Positions 18,425 to 27,579 of a DNA stretch of 64,000 nt are shown piece by piece. Within the stretch, counting starts at the first letter, position 1; each line of letters starts with the position of its first letter. Source of the stretch: Nitrospirota bacterium (GTDB lineage Bacteria; Nitrospirota; UBA9217). The stretch spans positions 1-64,000 of the forward strand of contig JAOUEV010000007.1 of NCBI GenBank assembly GCA_029858565.1, written 5' to 3'. The notes under the pieces are model-generated. The model was given only the letters and a program-made list of their open reading frames with translations. It was not told the DNA's origin and ran no database searches. The position numbers were made by a program, and so were the translations under genes.

Positions 18425-19318
18425 ATGAAGACGCATATTCTGCAAATAGTCCTTATCCTCTGTCTGCCGCTGAACGCTATTGCAGCCGCTGCGGAGGAGG
18501 TCATGACGGGTGGAGAAGAGGTCTATCGCGTGCTGGAGGGCGACAGCCTCCTCCTGATCAGCGCGAAGTTCGGCGTGAATCTGGAAAGAATCAGGAATGA
18601 GAACAGTCTCGATCCCGAGCAGCCGCTCCGGCCGGGGACGGAACTTTTGATCACGACGCGGAAGATCGCGCCCGCGAAGGTCGATCAGGGGCTCGTGATC
18701 GATATCCCCGGCAGGATGCTCTACTATTTCAAGGCAGGCAGACTGGAGCTGTCCTGTAGCGTGGGCCTCGGCAGGCCGGGGTGGAGGACGCCTGCGGGCG
18801 GCTTTGTCATTACCGGCAAGGAAGAGAATCCCGTCTGGCACGTGCCCGCGTCGATCCAGGCAATCATGCAGGAGAAGGGCATGCCTGTTCTGACCGCGGT
18901 CCCGCCGGGGCCGGACAATCCACTCGGCAAGTATGCTCTCTACACCTCCCGGAAGGGGATCTGTATTCACGAGACCATCTGGCCCACGACGGTGTACCGG
19001 TTCCGGAGCCATGGATGCATCCGATTGCTGCCGCAGGACATCGAGCGGCTGTACCGGGACGTCGATGATGGAACTCCGGGAGAGTTGATCTACGAACCGG
19101 TGAAGGTCGCCGTGTCCGGCGACGGGAAGGTGTTTCTGCAGGTAGACCCGGATATATACAAAAAAGCGCGAGACCCGATGGATGTGGTCCGGCGGCGGCT
19201 CGATGAGCTCGGTGCAGCAGGCAAGGTGGATTGGGGCAAGGTCGCAGCCGTCGTTGCCGAAGAGGCGGGCGTTGCCGAAGAGGTCACGGATATATCCGGG
19301 TCGAACCAAACCAACTGA
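18425..19318 (+). CDS. LysM + L,D-transpeptidase (YkuD/ErfK family)
   Basis: Signal peptide, LysM, PPGPDNPLG, IHET..SHGCIRL. Confidence 0.9.
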   Translation: MKTHILQIVLILCLPLNAIAAAAEEVMTGGEEVYRVLEGDSLLLISAKFGVNLERIRNENSLDPEQPLRPGTELLITTRKIAPAKVDQGLVIDIPGRMLYYFKAGRLELSCSVGLGRPGWRTPAGGFVITGKEENPVWHVPASIQAIMQEKGMPVLTAVPPGPDNPLGKYALYTSRKGICIHETIWPTTVYRFRSHGCIRLLPQDIERLYRDVDDGTPGELIYEPVKVAVSGDGKVFLQVDPDIYKKARDPMDVVRRRLDELGAAGKVDWGKVAAVVAEEAGVAEEVTDISGSNQTN

Positions 19319-19397
19319 TTGTTGAACGATCGAAATCCGAAAAAAATGGTCCTCGGAATTGCCTTAGCGCTGCTTTTCCCGGGGTAGAATAGGCCTT
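19294..19397 (+). repeat. Repeat family D copy overlapping the transpeptidase stop
   Basis: ATCCGGGTCGAACCAAACCAACTGATTGTTGAACGATCGAAATCC...; aligns with 4614-4715. Confidence 0.85.
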
Positions 19398-19815
19398 GAA
19401 GAATCAGCGGCTTTAATTCCCTCCTTCTCGATCGTTTTCAAGTCAGCGACGCTAGCTGGAGATGTTGTTCCTGGAATTGCGCAGTGACTGAACATTGTGC
19501 ATAACAGACCGGGAAGAAGGGAGTCTGGCGGCGACTGCCAGATCGACGAGGGAGTGCATTTTGGGAACGCCGGCCGGACATGCTGCTCCGATACGTCAGG
19601 CGCCACGATAAGTTCGAGCCAGGTGAACGCGGACTTCGATGCGCTGAAGACAGCGGTCGACGCCAAACAGGACAAGCCGGGGCTCGGGTCCTGCCCGACG
19701 ACGAGCGCAGGCCAGGTGGCCTGGGCCCACATCAGCTGCCCCAATGCGGGGGGAGGCTGCTTTGTCGTGAACAGCTACAACCCGACAGGCGGGGCTTTCG
19801 TGGTCCACGGTGCCG

Positions 19816-19938
19816 AAGAAGCGGGGCTTTACGTTAGTGGGCTCGATTATCTGCTACGCCTGTATGCAGGCCGCGGGCATGGTCAATGACCACCTGGTGG
19901 ACTGCTTTCGCTACCACAAGGCCGGGAGAGGGTCATGA
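19816..19938 (+). pseudogene. tag: C-terminal relic of DNA-3-methyladenine glycosylase I
   Basis: KKRGFTLVGSIICYACMQAAGMVNDHLVDCFRY matches the Tag C-terminal signature; TGA overlaps the rsgA ATG. Confidence 0.8.
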
Positions 19939-21020
19939 TGGAACATTCGCTCGCACAACTTGGCTGGAACAGAACCTTTGAGGCGGCCATGGCCCCCTTT
20001 GTTGGCCAGGGGTTCGAGCCTGCACGCGTGATCGCCGAGCACCGGGGTGCCTACCGTGTCGCGACCGCAACGGGCGAGATGGCCGCGGAAGTGACCGGTC
20101 GTCTGATGCACCTTGCCGAGGACCGGCTGGACTATCCTGTGGTGGGCGACTGGGTGGCTGCCGCGGTGCTCGACCAGGGAGAGCTGGCGGTGATCCACGC
20201 GGTCCTGCCGAGGACCAGCGTGCTGGCGAGGAAGTCTGCGGGAAGGAAGTTCGAGGGGCAGGCCATTGCCGCGAACGTGGATATTGTCTTTGTGGTGATC
20301 GGCATGGACCACAATTTCAACCTGAACCGGATGGAGCGCTACCTCGCTGCCGCGGCAGGGACCGCCGCCCGTCCGGTGGCGCTGCTGTCCAAGAGCGACC
20401 TGGCGCCGGATGCCGATGCAGCACTACGGTCCGCTGCAGGCCGCTCGCAGGGAGCGGAGGTGCTCGCGGTCAGCAGCAGGACCGGCGCGGGCATGGAGCG
20501 GCTGCAAGCGCTCCTGACCGAAGGCGTGACAGCCTGCTTCATCGGGTCCTCGGGTGTGGGCAAGTCGTCGATCATCAACCATCTGGCTGGCAGGGAGCTG
20601 CTCAGGACCGCTGAGGTGCGGGAGGGCGATTCCCGGGGGCGCCACACCACGACCCACCGCGAGCTGTTCCTGCTGCCGTCGGGCGGCATCGTGATCGACA
20701 CGCCGGGCATGCGCGAACTGGGGCTCTGGGACGCAGGGGCAGGCATCGAACGGGCCTTCGGCGACATCGAGGCGCTCGTCCCGGCCTGCGCGTTCAGGGA
20801 CTGCACGCACCGTGTGGAGCCCGGGTGCGCGGTCCGGGATGCAGTGGAACGCGGGGACCTGGACCGCGACCGGTACGAAAGCTTCCTCAAGCTGGGGCGG
20901 GAGCAGGAGCATCTGGAGGCAAAGACGGACTGGTTCAAGCTGCAGGTGCGCAAGGCCCATGGCAAGTCGATAGCGAAGGCGGTGAAGGAATTGTACAATA
21001 TGCGGTATAATAAGACCTGA
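19935..21020 (+). CDS. rsgA: Ribosome small subunit-dependent GTPase A
   Basis: VVGDWV OB-fold, SKSD, GSSGVGKSS, GRHTTT, DTPG, C.FRDC.H..EPGC. Confidence 0.95.
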   Translation: MMEHSLAQLGWNRTFEAAMAPFVGQGFEPARVIAEHRGAYRVATATGEMAAEVTGRLMHLAEDRLDYPVVGDWVAAAVLDQGELAVIHAVLPRTSVLARKSAGRKFEGQAIAANVDIVFVVIGMDHNFNLNRMERYLAAAAGTAARPVALLSKSDLAPDADAALRSAAGRSQGAEVLAVSSRTGAGMERLQALLTEGVTACFIGSSGVGKSSIINHLAGRELLRTAEVREGDSRGRHTTTHRELFLLPSGGIVIDTPGMRELGLWDAGAGIERAFGDIEALVPACAFRDCTHRVEPGCAVRDAVERGDLDRDRYESFLKLGREQEHLEAKTDWFKLQVRKAHGKSIAKAVKELYNMRYNKT

Positions 21021-21022
21021 TC

Positions 21023-22513
21023 ATGGCAACCCGACCCGACCAGGAACTGCACCACGCGATATTCGGCTCCATCCTCGACCAGGCGGAGATGACGCCCTTT
21101 CTGCTGCAGCCGGCGACGGACTATTTCACGTCGCTCAAGCAGGCCACGCGGATGATGGCCAACCGGGGCTTCGACACCCTGGGAAGCGACATGCTCCGGA
21201 CCAGCGAGCGCGAGCGGGCGGCCCAGTATATCCGCCGCTCTTTTGACTACTGCTTCAAGGCGCTCTTTCCCTTTGTCAGCAGCCAGCTCGAAGGGCTCGT
21301 GTCGCTCCGCTCTCCCAACCAGGGTCTCTACCGCTCCTGCCTGGCATCGATCAGCGCGGTGTCGCAGATCCTGAACGACCGCTCCTTCCAGGCCCTCCTG
21401 GCCGATGACCCCCGCCATCTTCTTCTGCTTGCGTCGTCGCGCAAGTACTCCTTTGTCTTTTCCGGGTACCAGGGGCGGGAATTCGCGATCCCGGCCTACT
21501 GGCAGGAGGCGGCCTGCTGTCTGCTCAAGACGATCTACCTGATCAAGTCGGTGGAGGAGGACAGCCAGGACATCAACGACGTGGCGCAGCTCGGGTTCTT
21601 CTTCGAGGACCGCGGCATCGGGCTGAACGACCTGTATTGGTTCGACTGGGAGCATCCGGCTGTTGTCCCGGACACCGAAGCGGCTCAGCGGGCCTACGTG
21701 AAGATCGCCACGTTCTTCCACCGCCTGAACGAGTCCCTGGGTTTCGACCGGGAGAAAGGCTGCCTGGTGTTCAACAGCGGCGACGGCGTGGAGATCAAGA
21801 TCGCGGAGGTGAAGGCGCGTCTCAAGAGCCCCGAGAGCATGGTCACCAAGCTGGGCAAGACCGTCGAGGGCGAAGCCTTCGATATCCGGGACATCCTGGC
21901 GATCACCTTCATCCTGCAGGACATGCACGACACGCTCAAACTCTTCCATGCGCTCCAGAAGCAGGGCGTGATCCTGCAGGACAACACCGTCTCCCCGTCG
22001 ATAACCCAGACGCTCTTCGACGACCCCGCGGCCATGCAGGAAGCGGTGCGCCGGCTGATGGTGAGCCTCGCCAAAGGCAGGGGGCGGGACGAGCTGCCGG
22101 ACGAAGAGCAGGTGGCCCTCTCGTCGTCGGCCTTCTACGACGCCTTGAGCAAGAACGCTGACAGCAACGCCCATACTTCCAAGGGCCACCGGAAGTTCCA
22201 GTGCAAGATCGGGTTCTCCGTGCCGATCCACCGGGCAGTTGACACGAACGAGATCCTGATCCCCGGCACGGCGCAGTATGCCCGCCGCGACAGCGTGAGC
22301 AAGAAGACGGAGCAGCATACGCTGGGCGTGGAGCTGCGCATTTCCGACGTGAAGAGCTGGCGGAAATCGGAGCAGACCGGCGAGTCCCATCACGATGCCT
22401 ACAAGTTCCGGCAGCTCATCTCGGTCATGAACCGGCTGTTCAAGGGCATGTTTCATTTCCCCAGGGACAACCATGACCAGTTGCGCAAGGACCAGGCAGC
22501 GTTGTTTTCCTGA
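21023..22513 (+). CDS. RelA/SpoT-synthetase-like nucleotidyltransferase (TIGR04552/TIGR04562-like) with uncharacterised N-terminal domain
   Basis: RLKSPESMVTK, DIRDILAI, ELRISD, GESHHDAYKFRQ. Confidence 0.65.
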   Translation: MATRPDQELHHAIFGSILDQAEMTPFLLQPATDYFTSLKQATRMMANRGFDTLGSDMLRTSERERAAQYIRRSFDYCFKALFPFVSSQLEGLVSLRSPNQGLYRSCLASISAVSQILNDRSFQALLADDPRHLLLLASSRKYSFVFSGYQGREFAIPAYWQEAACCLLKTIYLIKSVEEDSQDINDVAQLGFFFEDRGIGLNDLYWFDWEHPAVVPDTEAAQRAYVKIATFFHRLNESLGFDREKGCLVFNSGDGVEIKIAEVKARLKSPESMVTKLGKTVEGEAFDIRDILAITFILQDMHDTLKLFHALQKQGVILQDNTVSPSITQTLFDDPAAMQEAVRRLMVSLAKGRGRDELPDEEQVALSSSAFYDALSKNADSNAHTSKGHRKFQCKIGFSVPIHRAVDTNEILIPGTAQYARRDSVSKKTEQHTLGVELRISDVKSWRKSEQTGESHHDAYKFRQLISVMNRLFKGMFHFPRDNHDQLRKDQAALFS

Positions 22514-22586
22514 AAAAGTGCCGGAGCAGAGGAAGCATGATGTTCCTGTGACTGCATTGCATATACTTCACTACGTTGGCAACAAC

Positions 22587-22619
22587 AAAGGCCGGAGAGA
22601 ATGAACTCTCCGGCCTTTT
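22587..22619. terminator. Family B hairpin, likely bidirectional terminator between convergent genes
   Basis: AAAGGCCGGAGAGAATGAACTCTCCGGCCTTTT. Confidence 0.75.
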
Positions 22620-22669
22620 GCCTGTACGGCTATCTTTACTGCGCTTCTTTATCGTCCGCTATGTGCTGC

Positions 22670-23671
22670 CTACCGGCTCAAAAATGCCTTCGGCGCTCTG
22701 TATTCATGGCACTCAACGCAGGTCTTCTTTGCCTGCGCATCCGTCACGGTCCAGACATGAGGTTTGTGGCACTGCTTGCATTCCATGCCCGTGTCCTGAA
22801 TGTGGAGCTTGTGCTTGCCGATTGCCATGATGTTCTTATGGCACGAGAGGCAGTTGCCCCAGTCGGGCCGCGAGGCCTTGTGCGGCTTATGGCACTCATA
22901 GCAGTTGAACTGCATGGGCCCGTTCTCCGGCCGGTCGATCTTGATCGCCCGTTTGATCGTCTTTTCATCAGGCTGGAAGTGGGTGGTATCCATCGTTCCG
23001 TCAGCCAGCAGTTCCTTCCGGTATTTTTCAGCTCCGTGGCAGTACAAACACTTCTTGATGCCCGGCTTCAGGTCTTTGGTCCTGTCGGTGTGGCAGTTGA
23101 GGCACGGAAGCTTCTCCATCCCCGTCCCGTGCACTTGCCGGTCCTCGTGGCACGTCAGGCAGTATCGTTCTTCAAGGCTGAACTGATGGGTCCGGTAGCC
23201 GTGGCATTTGGTGCATTCGATCTTTTCCATGAACACATGTTTTGCGTGGTACCGCGAACCGGCGATGCTCGGCGCGTTCGGCTCTTTCTCGTTCGTTTCC
23301 CAATGGCAGCCAAAGCAGGTCTTCCAGGGCACGATTACCTCTCCGTGCCTCGGCGAGACCTTATTATGGCCGAGCACGACAAAAGCAAAGAGCTGTTTCA
23401 TCTGGTCGAGCTTGGTTGAATGGTGGCACTCATGGCAGTTCACCCCATGATGCACACTGGTCGACCAGGCTATGTTCGCTTCATCGTGGACATGACAGGC
23501 GGAACATGCCTTGGGATCGTTCTCGAAATAATCGTTGATCAGGTAGGCGGCTACGAGGGCCGCGATCGAGAACAGGACCAGGATCGTTATGATGATGATC
23601 TTCGCCCTGCTGGAAAGCTCCGTGCTGAACCATTCGCTGATTTTGTTGATAAGCTGCTTCGGACTGAACAT
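22670..23671 (-). CDS. Membrane-anchored 11-heme cytochrome c with NapC/NirT-like N-terminus
   Basis: One N-terminal TM; 11 CxxCH; ACSACH..WSTSVH.GVNCHECH pattern. Confidence 0.88.
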   Translation of the reverse strand: MFSPKQLINKISEWFSTELSSRAKIIIITILVLFSIAALVAAYLINDYFENDPKACSACHVHDEANIAWSTSVHHGVNCHECHHSTKLDQMKQLFAFVVLGHNKVSPRHGEVIVPWKTCFGCHWETNEKEPNAPSIAGSRYHAKHVFMEKIECTKCHGYRTHQFSLEERYCLTCHEDRQVHGTGMEKLPCLNCHTDRTKDLKPGIKKCLYCHGAEKYRKELLADGTMDTTHFQPDEKTIKRAIKIDRPENGPMQFNCYECHKPHKASRPDWGNCLSCHKNIMAIGKHKLHIQDTGMECKQCHKPHVWTVTDAQAKKTCVECHEYRAPKAFLSR

Positions 23672-24079
23672 GAAAAACTCCTCTCCTTAAAGGGCTACTG
23701 CGTTTTACCGGCTGCGCAAGCCGGCGCCGTCGGATCAAAGCGTATCTGGAATTGACGCAAAGGGCGAATATTTTGCGCCCTCAATGCATAAACTACTGTG
23801 CAATAAAATGCAAGAAGAATCATGCCAGAAGGAGCTATTGCCCGCCGGCAAAAAGGGGAAAGCACAGGAGATGCTTTTTGCAGCACTTGTGCGGAAAAGG
23901 GGGCCAAGGGATGATTGGGGGCACCCTTATCTATGCATATTTTCCGCCATGGAGCTCAGATAATGCGGTCTGACAACAACGGGGGGGCTGATCGTCGGGA
24001 AGAATTGCGCTCACTGCGCCATTGAGATCGAGGGGCCATCAGGCAAGAGTGTCGGCAGCGCGTCCTTCCAGAAACAGAT

Positions 24080-24108
24080 AAGGCCGGAGAGAGCGATCTC
24101 TCCGGCCT
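24080..24108. terminator. Family B hairpin downstream of DsrE gene
   Basis: AAGGCCGGAGAGAGCGATCTCTCCGGCCT. Confidence 0.65.
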
Positions 24109-24152
24109 CGTGCATTTCAAACCGCATATCCGGCCTCGTGGCCGCGTTGCCG

Positions 24153-24539
24153 CTACATTGCCATGTTGAAGGGAACATAGCCGGCCAGGAGCAGCTCGCC
24201 GAGGTAGGAGCTACCCTTCATCTCCGCGCCTTCGATCAGGTCCTCCTTGAGAACGTTATGCAGCGGCATGAAGGCATGGCAGGCGTAGAACTTCACGTTG
24301 AACTCGGGCATCAGGTCCAGCAGGTCGCCCACATTGACCTGGTTGCCTTCCAGTTCCATGGTCATGGACTTGCCCACTCCCTTCTTCGCGAGCTCGACAC
24401 CCTCTCCGACGAGGAACACCGCGATTTCAACGGTGTCGTCGAAAGCTTTCATATTCGAAATGATCTTCAGCATAACGATCACTTCCTTGAGATTTGACTT
24501 CGCATGGGACAGGACGAACAGGAACTTCTTTGCTTCCAT
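24153..24539 (-). CDS. DsrE/DsrF-like family protein
   Basis: RBS GGAGG; VFLVGEGVELA, KFYACH. Confidence 0.75.
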   Translation of the reverse strand: MEAKKFLFVLSHAKSNLKEVIVMLKIISNMKAFDDTVEIAVFLVGEGVELAKKGVGKSMTMELEGNQVNVGDLLDLMPEFNVKFYACHAFMPLHNVLKEDLIEGAEMKGSSYLGELLLAGYVPFNMAM

Positions 24540-25128
24540 GGTAAACCTCCTTGTCGGCAACGGGCCGTAGATGTTGGTCATTATTATAACAAAATGAGTG
24601 CCCTCCATGCCAGCACATTGCGCGATCACTGATCGGAAATAGAACGCCGTTCTTAAGCAAGCGTCCGCGAAGTCACCTCATCAGGACGTGCTGTCTGATA
24701 TTGACAGTTAGCGTGAAACGGCCGCCCGCGGTAGCCGGATCATTCTTGACAAAACACGCCTCCCTCTATAATCAAACATCTATGCCATCGGAATCTCACG
24801 AAATGACCCCGCCTTCGTCGCGGGAGGTCCGCATCGTCTTTGCGTTCATTCTTGTTCTCTTTCTTCCGGAACATCCGCTCAGATCGGCGCGTGGAGCGGC
24901 GGACAGGGGCTGATCCGTGACAGGGGTATCTTGGGGACTGTCTGTTCACGCTGCGCAAGTGTCCGGTCCCGGGATACTGCGCTGTCCACGAATGCACCAT
25001 CAGGGCCGGCATCGGGATCAGCCTGTTTCCCGCGGGCATCCGGGTAGTTTAGTAGTTGCTAATCTTGTTGACCTGATCTTCTTTTCCGTGCTATGCTTTG
25101 CCATCCAAACTTCGGAAGGAGGAACACC

Positions 25129-26016
25129 ATGGCGTATCCGTCTCTTCTTGCGTTCTGTCTTTTCGTACTTTCGATCGTCACCGCTTTTCCCGCGCCCGCA
25201 GCTGACCAACCGTTGAAGCCTTATCTGCTGGGCTACCGGGGCGCAGGGGCCATTGAGGCAAAAGCTCCCGAACTCAAGGCTGCTCTCGAACAAAATGGGT
25301 TCCAGATCGTCGGGAGCTATACGCCCTACCCGGGCGCGCAGGTGATCGTTGCGACGAGCGACGCGCTCAAGGCGGCGGCAGCGAAGTCCGACTTCGGCGC
25401 CTACGGGTCGGTTGTTCGCGTCTCGATCACGAACACGGGCAAGGAACTGCAGGTCGCGGCAACGAACCCGCGGTACTTTGCCGCTGCATACCGGATGAAG
25501 GAGGGACTTGAAGATGTTGCAGCGTCGCTCGAGCAGGCCATCGGCAGGACCGCGGATTTCGGGTCCAGGGACGGCATCACGGCGGCGAAGCTCCGGAAGT
25601 ACCACTATATGGTGATGATGCCCTATTTCACCGATCCCGTGAAGCTCGCGACCTTCCCTTCCCAGGACGAGGCGCTTGCCGCAGTGGAGGCGAACCTTTC
25701 CGCGAAGAAGGGCGGCGCGGCCAAGGTCTATCGTGTTGACCTGCCTGGCAAGAAGGAATCGATCTTCGGCGCGGCCCTGGCAGAGGGCGAGGGCGCGGAC
25801 GCGGCGATCATGAAGGTCATCGACATCGGAGACCTGAAGCATACAGCACACCTGCCCTATGAGCTGGTGGTGTCCGAGGGATCGGTGTACATGCTGCACG
25901 GCAAGTTCCGCATCGCCCTGGACTTCCCTGATCTCACCATGGGCACGTTCATGAAGATCTCCGGCGCGCCGTCGGCGATCGAGGAAAAACTGAAAGCAGC
26001 GGCAGGGGGAAAGTAG
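25129..26016 (+). CDS. Conserved periplasmic hypothetical protein
   Basis: Signal peptide, strong GC3 bias, LRKYHYMVMMPYF, HLPYE. Confidence 0.75.
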   Translation: MAYPSLLAFCLFVLSIVTAFPAPAADQPLKPYLLGYRGAGAIEAKAPELKAALEQNGFQIVGSYTPYPGAQVIVATSDALKAAAAKSDFGAYGSVVRVSITNTGKELQVAATNPRYFAAAYRMKEGLEDVAASLEQAIGRTADFGSRDGITAAKLRKYHYMVMMPYFTDPVKLATFPSQDEALAAVEANLSAKKGGAAKVYRVDLPGKKESIFGAALAEGEGADAAIMKVIDIGDLKHTAHLPYELVVSEGSVYMLHGKFRIALDFPDLTMGTFMKISGAPSAIEEKLKAAAGGK

Positions 26017-26055
26017 CGGACTCATTTTCGGACGACGGTTCCAGCAGGCATGAAC

Positions 26056-26091
26056 AGCACGGGTTCGGGTGATCCCGGGCCCGTGTTTTTT
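26056..26091 (+). terminator. Intrinsic terminator
   Basis: CACGGGTTCGGG-TGAT-CCCGGGCCCGTG followed by a T tract. Confidence 0.7.
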
Positions 26092-26239
26092 ATTCCGCCA
26101 TACATTCCTTTCCGTGACACAATATCACCGGGGAAGGCGGCTTCTTTCTCGGACCGCTCCCGCTGCAGCCGCGCTTGACTGCTCCTTACAACGGTTCGAT
26201 TCTCATGTAATCGGCAATACGGGAAAATAATCCTGAAGC

Positions 26240-26460
26240 ATGATGTCCTGCGTCGAACTCAGGTGACCCTCTGATCTATAAAACTGCACTGGCATGTGTT
26301 TCTGATACATTTTCCTATCTCGCTCTTCGGGCCAGCTTTTCTCTTTCAGGTCTTGCACCTCCTCCGGCATCCAGCGTGTCTTGAGCTTTCCACGAACGTC
26401 ACGCTGGTCGACGGAGGGTACTGGTCTCCATCAGAACGGCACGGTCGACGTGATCCTTGA
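26240..26460 (+). pseudogene. Relic of a DUF2231-like membrane protein
   Basis: KLHWHVFLIHFPISLFG (HFP motif) with no intact start or full length. Confidence 0.45.
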
Positions 26461-26805
26461 TCCGGCCTATGCCGCACGGTCCGGCAGCGCAACGTACAGC
26501 ATGGCGGCGCAGACCAGCTCCAATATCGGCTGACATGGCGGTCCTCTTCACGATGGTCATTCGGAACCGTCATCGTCTGCCTGCGTGAGCCCGTTAACCG
26601 ACGTGTTTTTGTGATTGCCTTTTTCGTCCGGTTGCAGTACTTTCCTCGCAACGGCTGCTTGTAGCAGCCGGAGATGCTTCCCCCTCCTTGCTCTCCACGA
26701 TATTCCCGGATCGCACCATGCAGGCAGTGCATGGCTGCCGCGCCCCGCGCGCTGGCCGGTCCGGCTGATAGCTCACGCTGGTGGCGTGAACCCCGAGGTA
26801 GGTTA

Positions 26806-27579
26806 ATGGATGCCGTCGCATTCTATATCGAGCACTTGAAACAGATCAACGAAGCGATCCGGATCATCTGCCGCAGGAGCGGGATGGGTCACGACGAAGA
26901 AATGGACTTTGCGCAGCATGTCCATCTTCAACTGATCGAGAACGATTACCGGCGGCTGCGGGCTTTTAAAGGGTCCAGCAGCATCAAGACCTATCTGCAT
27001 ACCGTGGTGAGCAGGATATTCATCGATTCGGTGCGCTCAAAATGGCATCCGTCCACCGAGGCTCAGCGGATGGGCGCCGCGGCTGTTGAGCTCGAACGGC
27101 TGGTGCACCGGCAACGGTATGCGGTCCATGAAGCCTGTCAGATAATGGCGGCCAACCCGGTGACCGTGCTGGAAGAGAGCGCAGCATACGCCATCCTCGA
27201 TAAACTGCAGGTCAGATGGACGCGTCCCCGGCCGGTGGACGATCCCGAGGCATACCTGCCGAACGTCCCCGATCAGGCCCCCGATCCGGAGAAGCGCGCC
27301 TCCCAACAGCAGGTCCGGAAGGAACGGCAACGGATCATCGCGCTGATCGGGACCATCTCCTCTTCCCTGTCAGGCGAGGATAAGCTGCTGATCAAGCTCC
27401 TGTTCATCGGGGACCGCAAAGTATCGGAGATCGCCCGCCTGCTCGGGAAGAGCGATCGTCAACTGTATAAAAGGATACAGACGATCCTCCGCCGCCTGAG
27501 GGATGCCATGGCCGATGCGGGGATCAGGGAGGACGATGTCCGGAACATCCTGGACGGCATGGGTGAACACGATGATTGA
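26806..27579 (+). CDS. sigma-70 family (ECF-like) sigma factor
   Basis: FKGSSSIKTYLHTVV region 2; LSGEDKLLIKL..VSEIARLLG region 4 HTH. Confidence 0.82.
   Translation: MDAVAFYIEHLKQINEAIRIICRRSGMGHDEEMDFAQHVHLQLIENDYRRLRAFKGSSSIKTYLHTVVSRIFIDSVRSKWHPSTEAQRMGAAAVELERLVHRQRYAVHEACQIMAANPVTVLEESAAYAILDKLQVRWTRPRPVDDPEAYLPNVPDQAPDPEKRASQQQVRKERQRIIALIGTISSSLSGEDKLLIKLLFIGDRKVSEIARLLGKSDRQLYKRIQTILRRLRDAMADAGIREDDVRNILDGMGEHDD

Noticed and set aside
24746-24772. Consensus TTGACA/TATAAT promoter
   Set aside because: Spacer is only 15 bp and no credible ORF follows directly.
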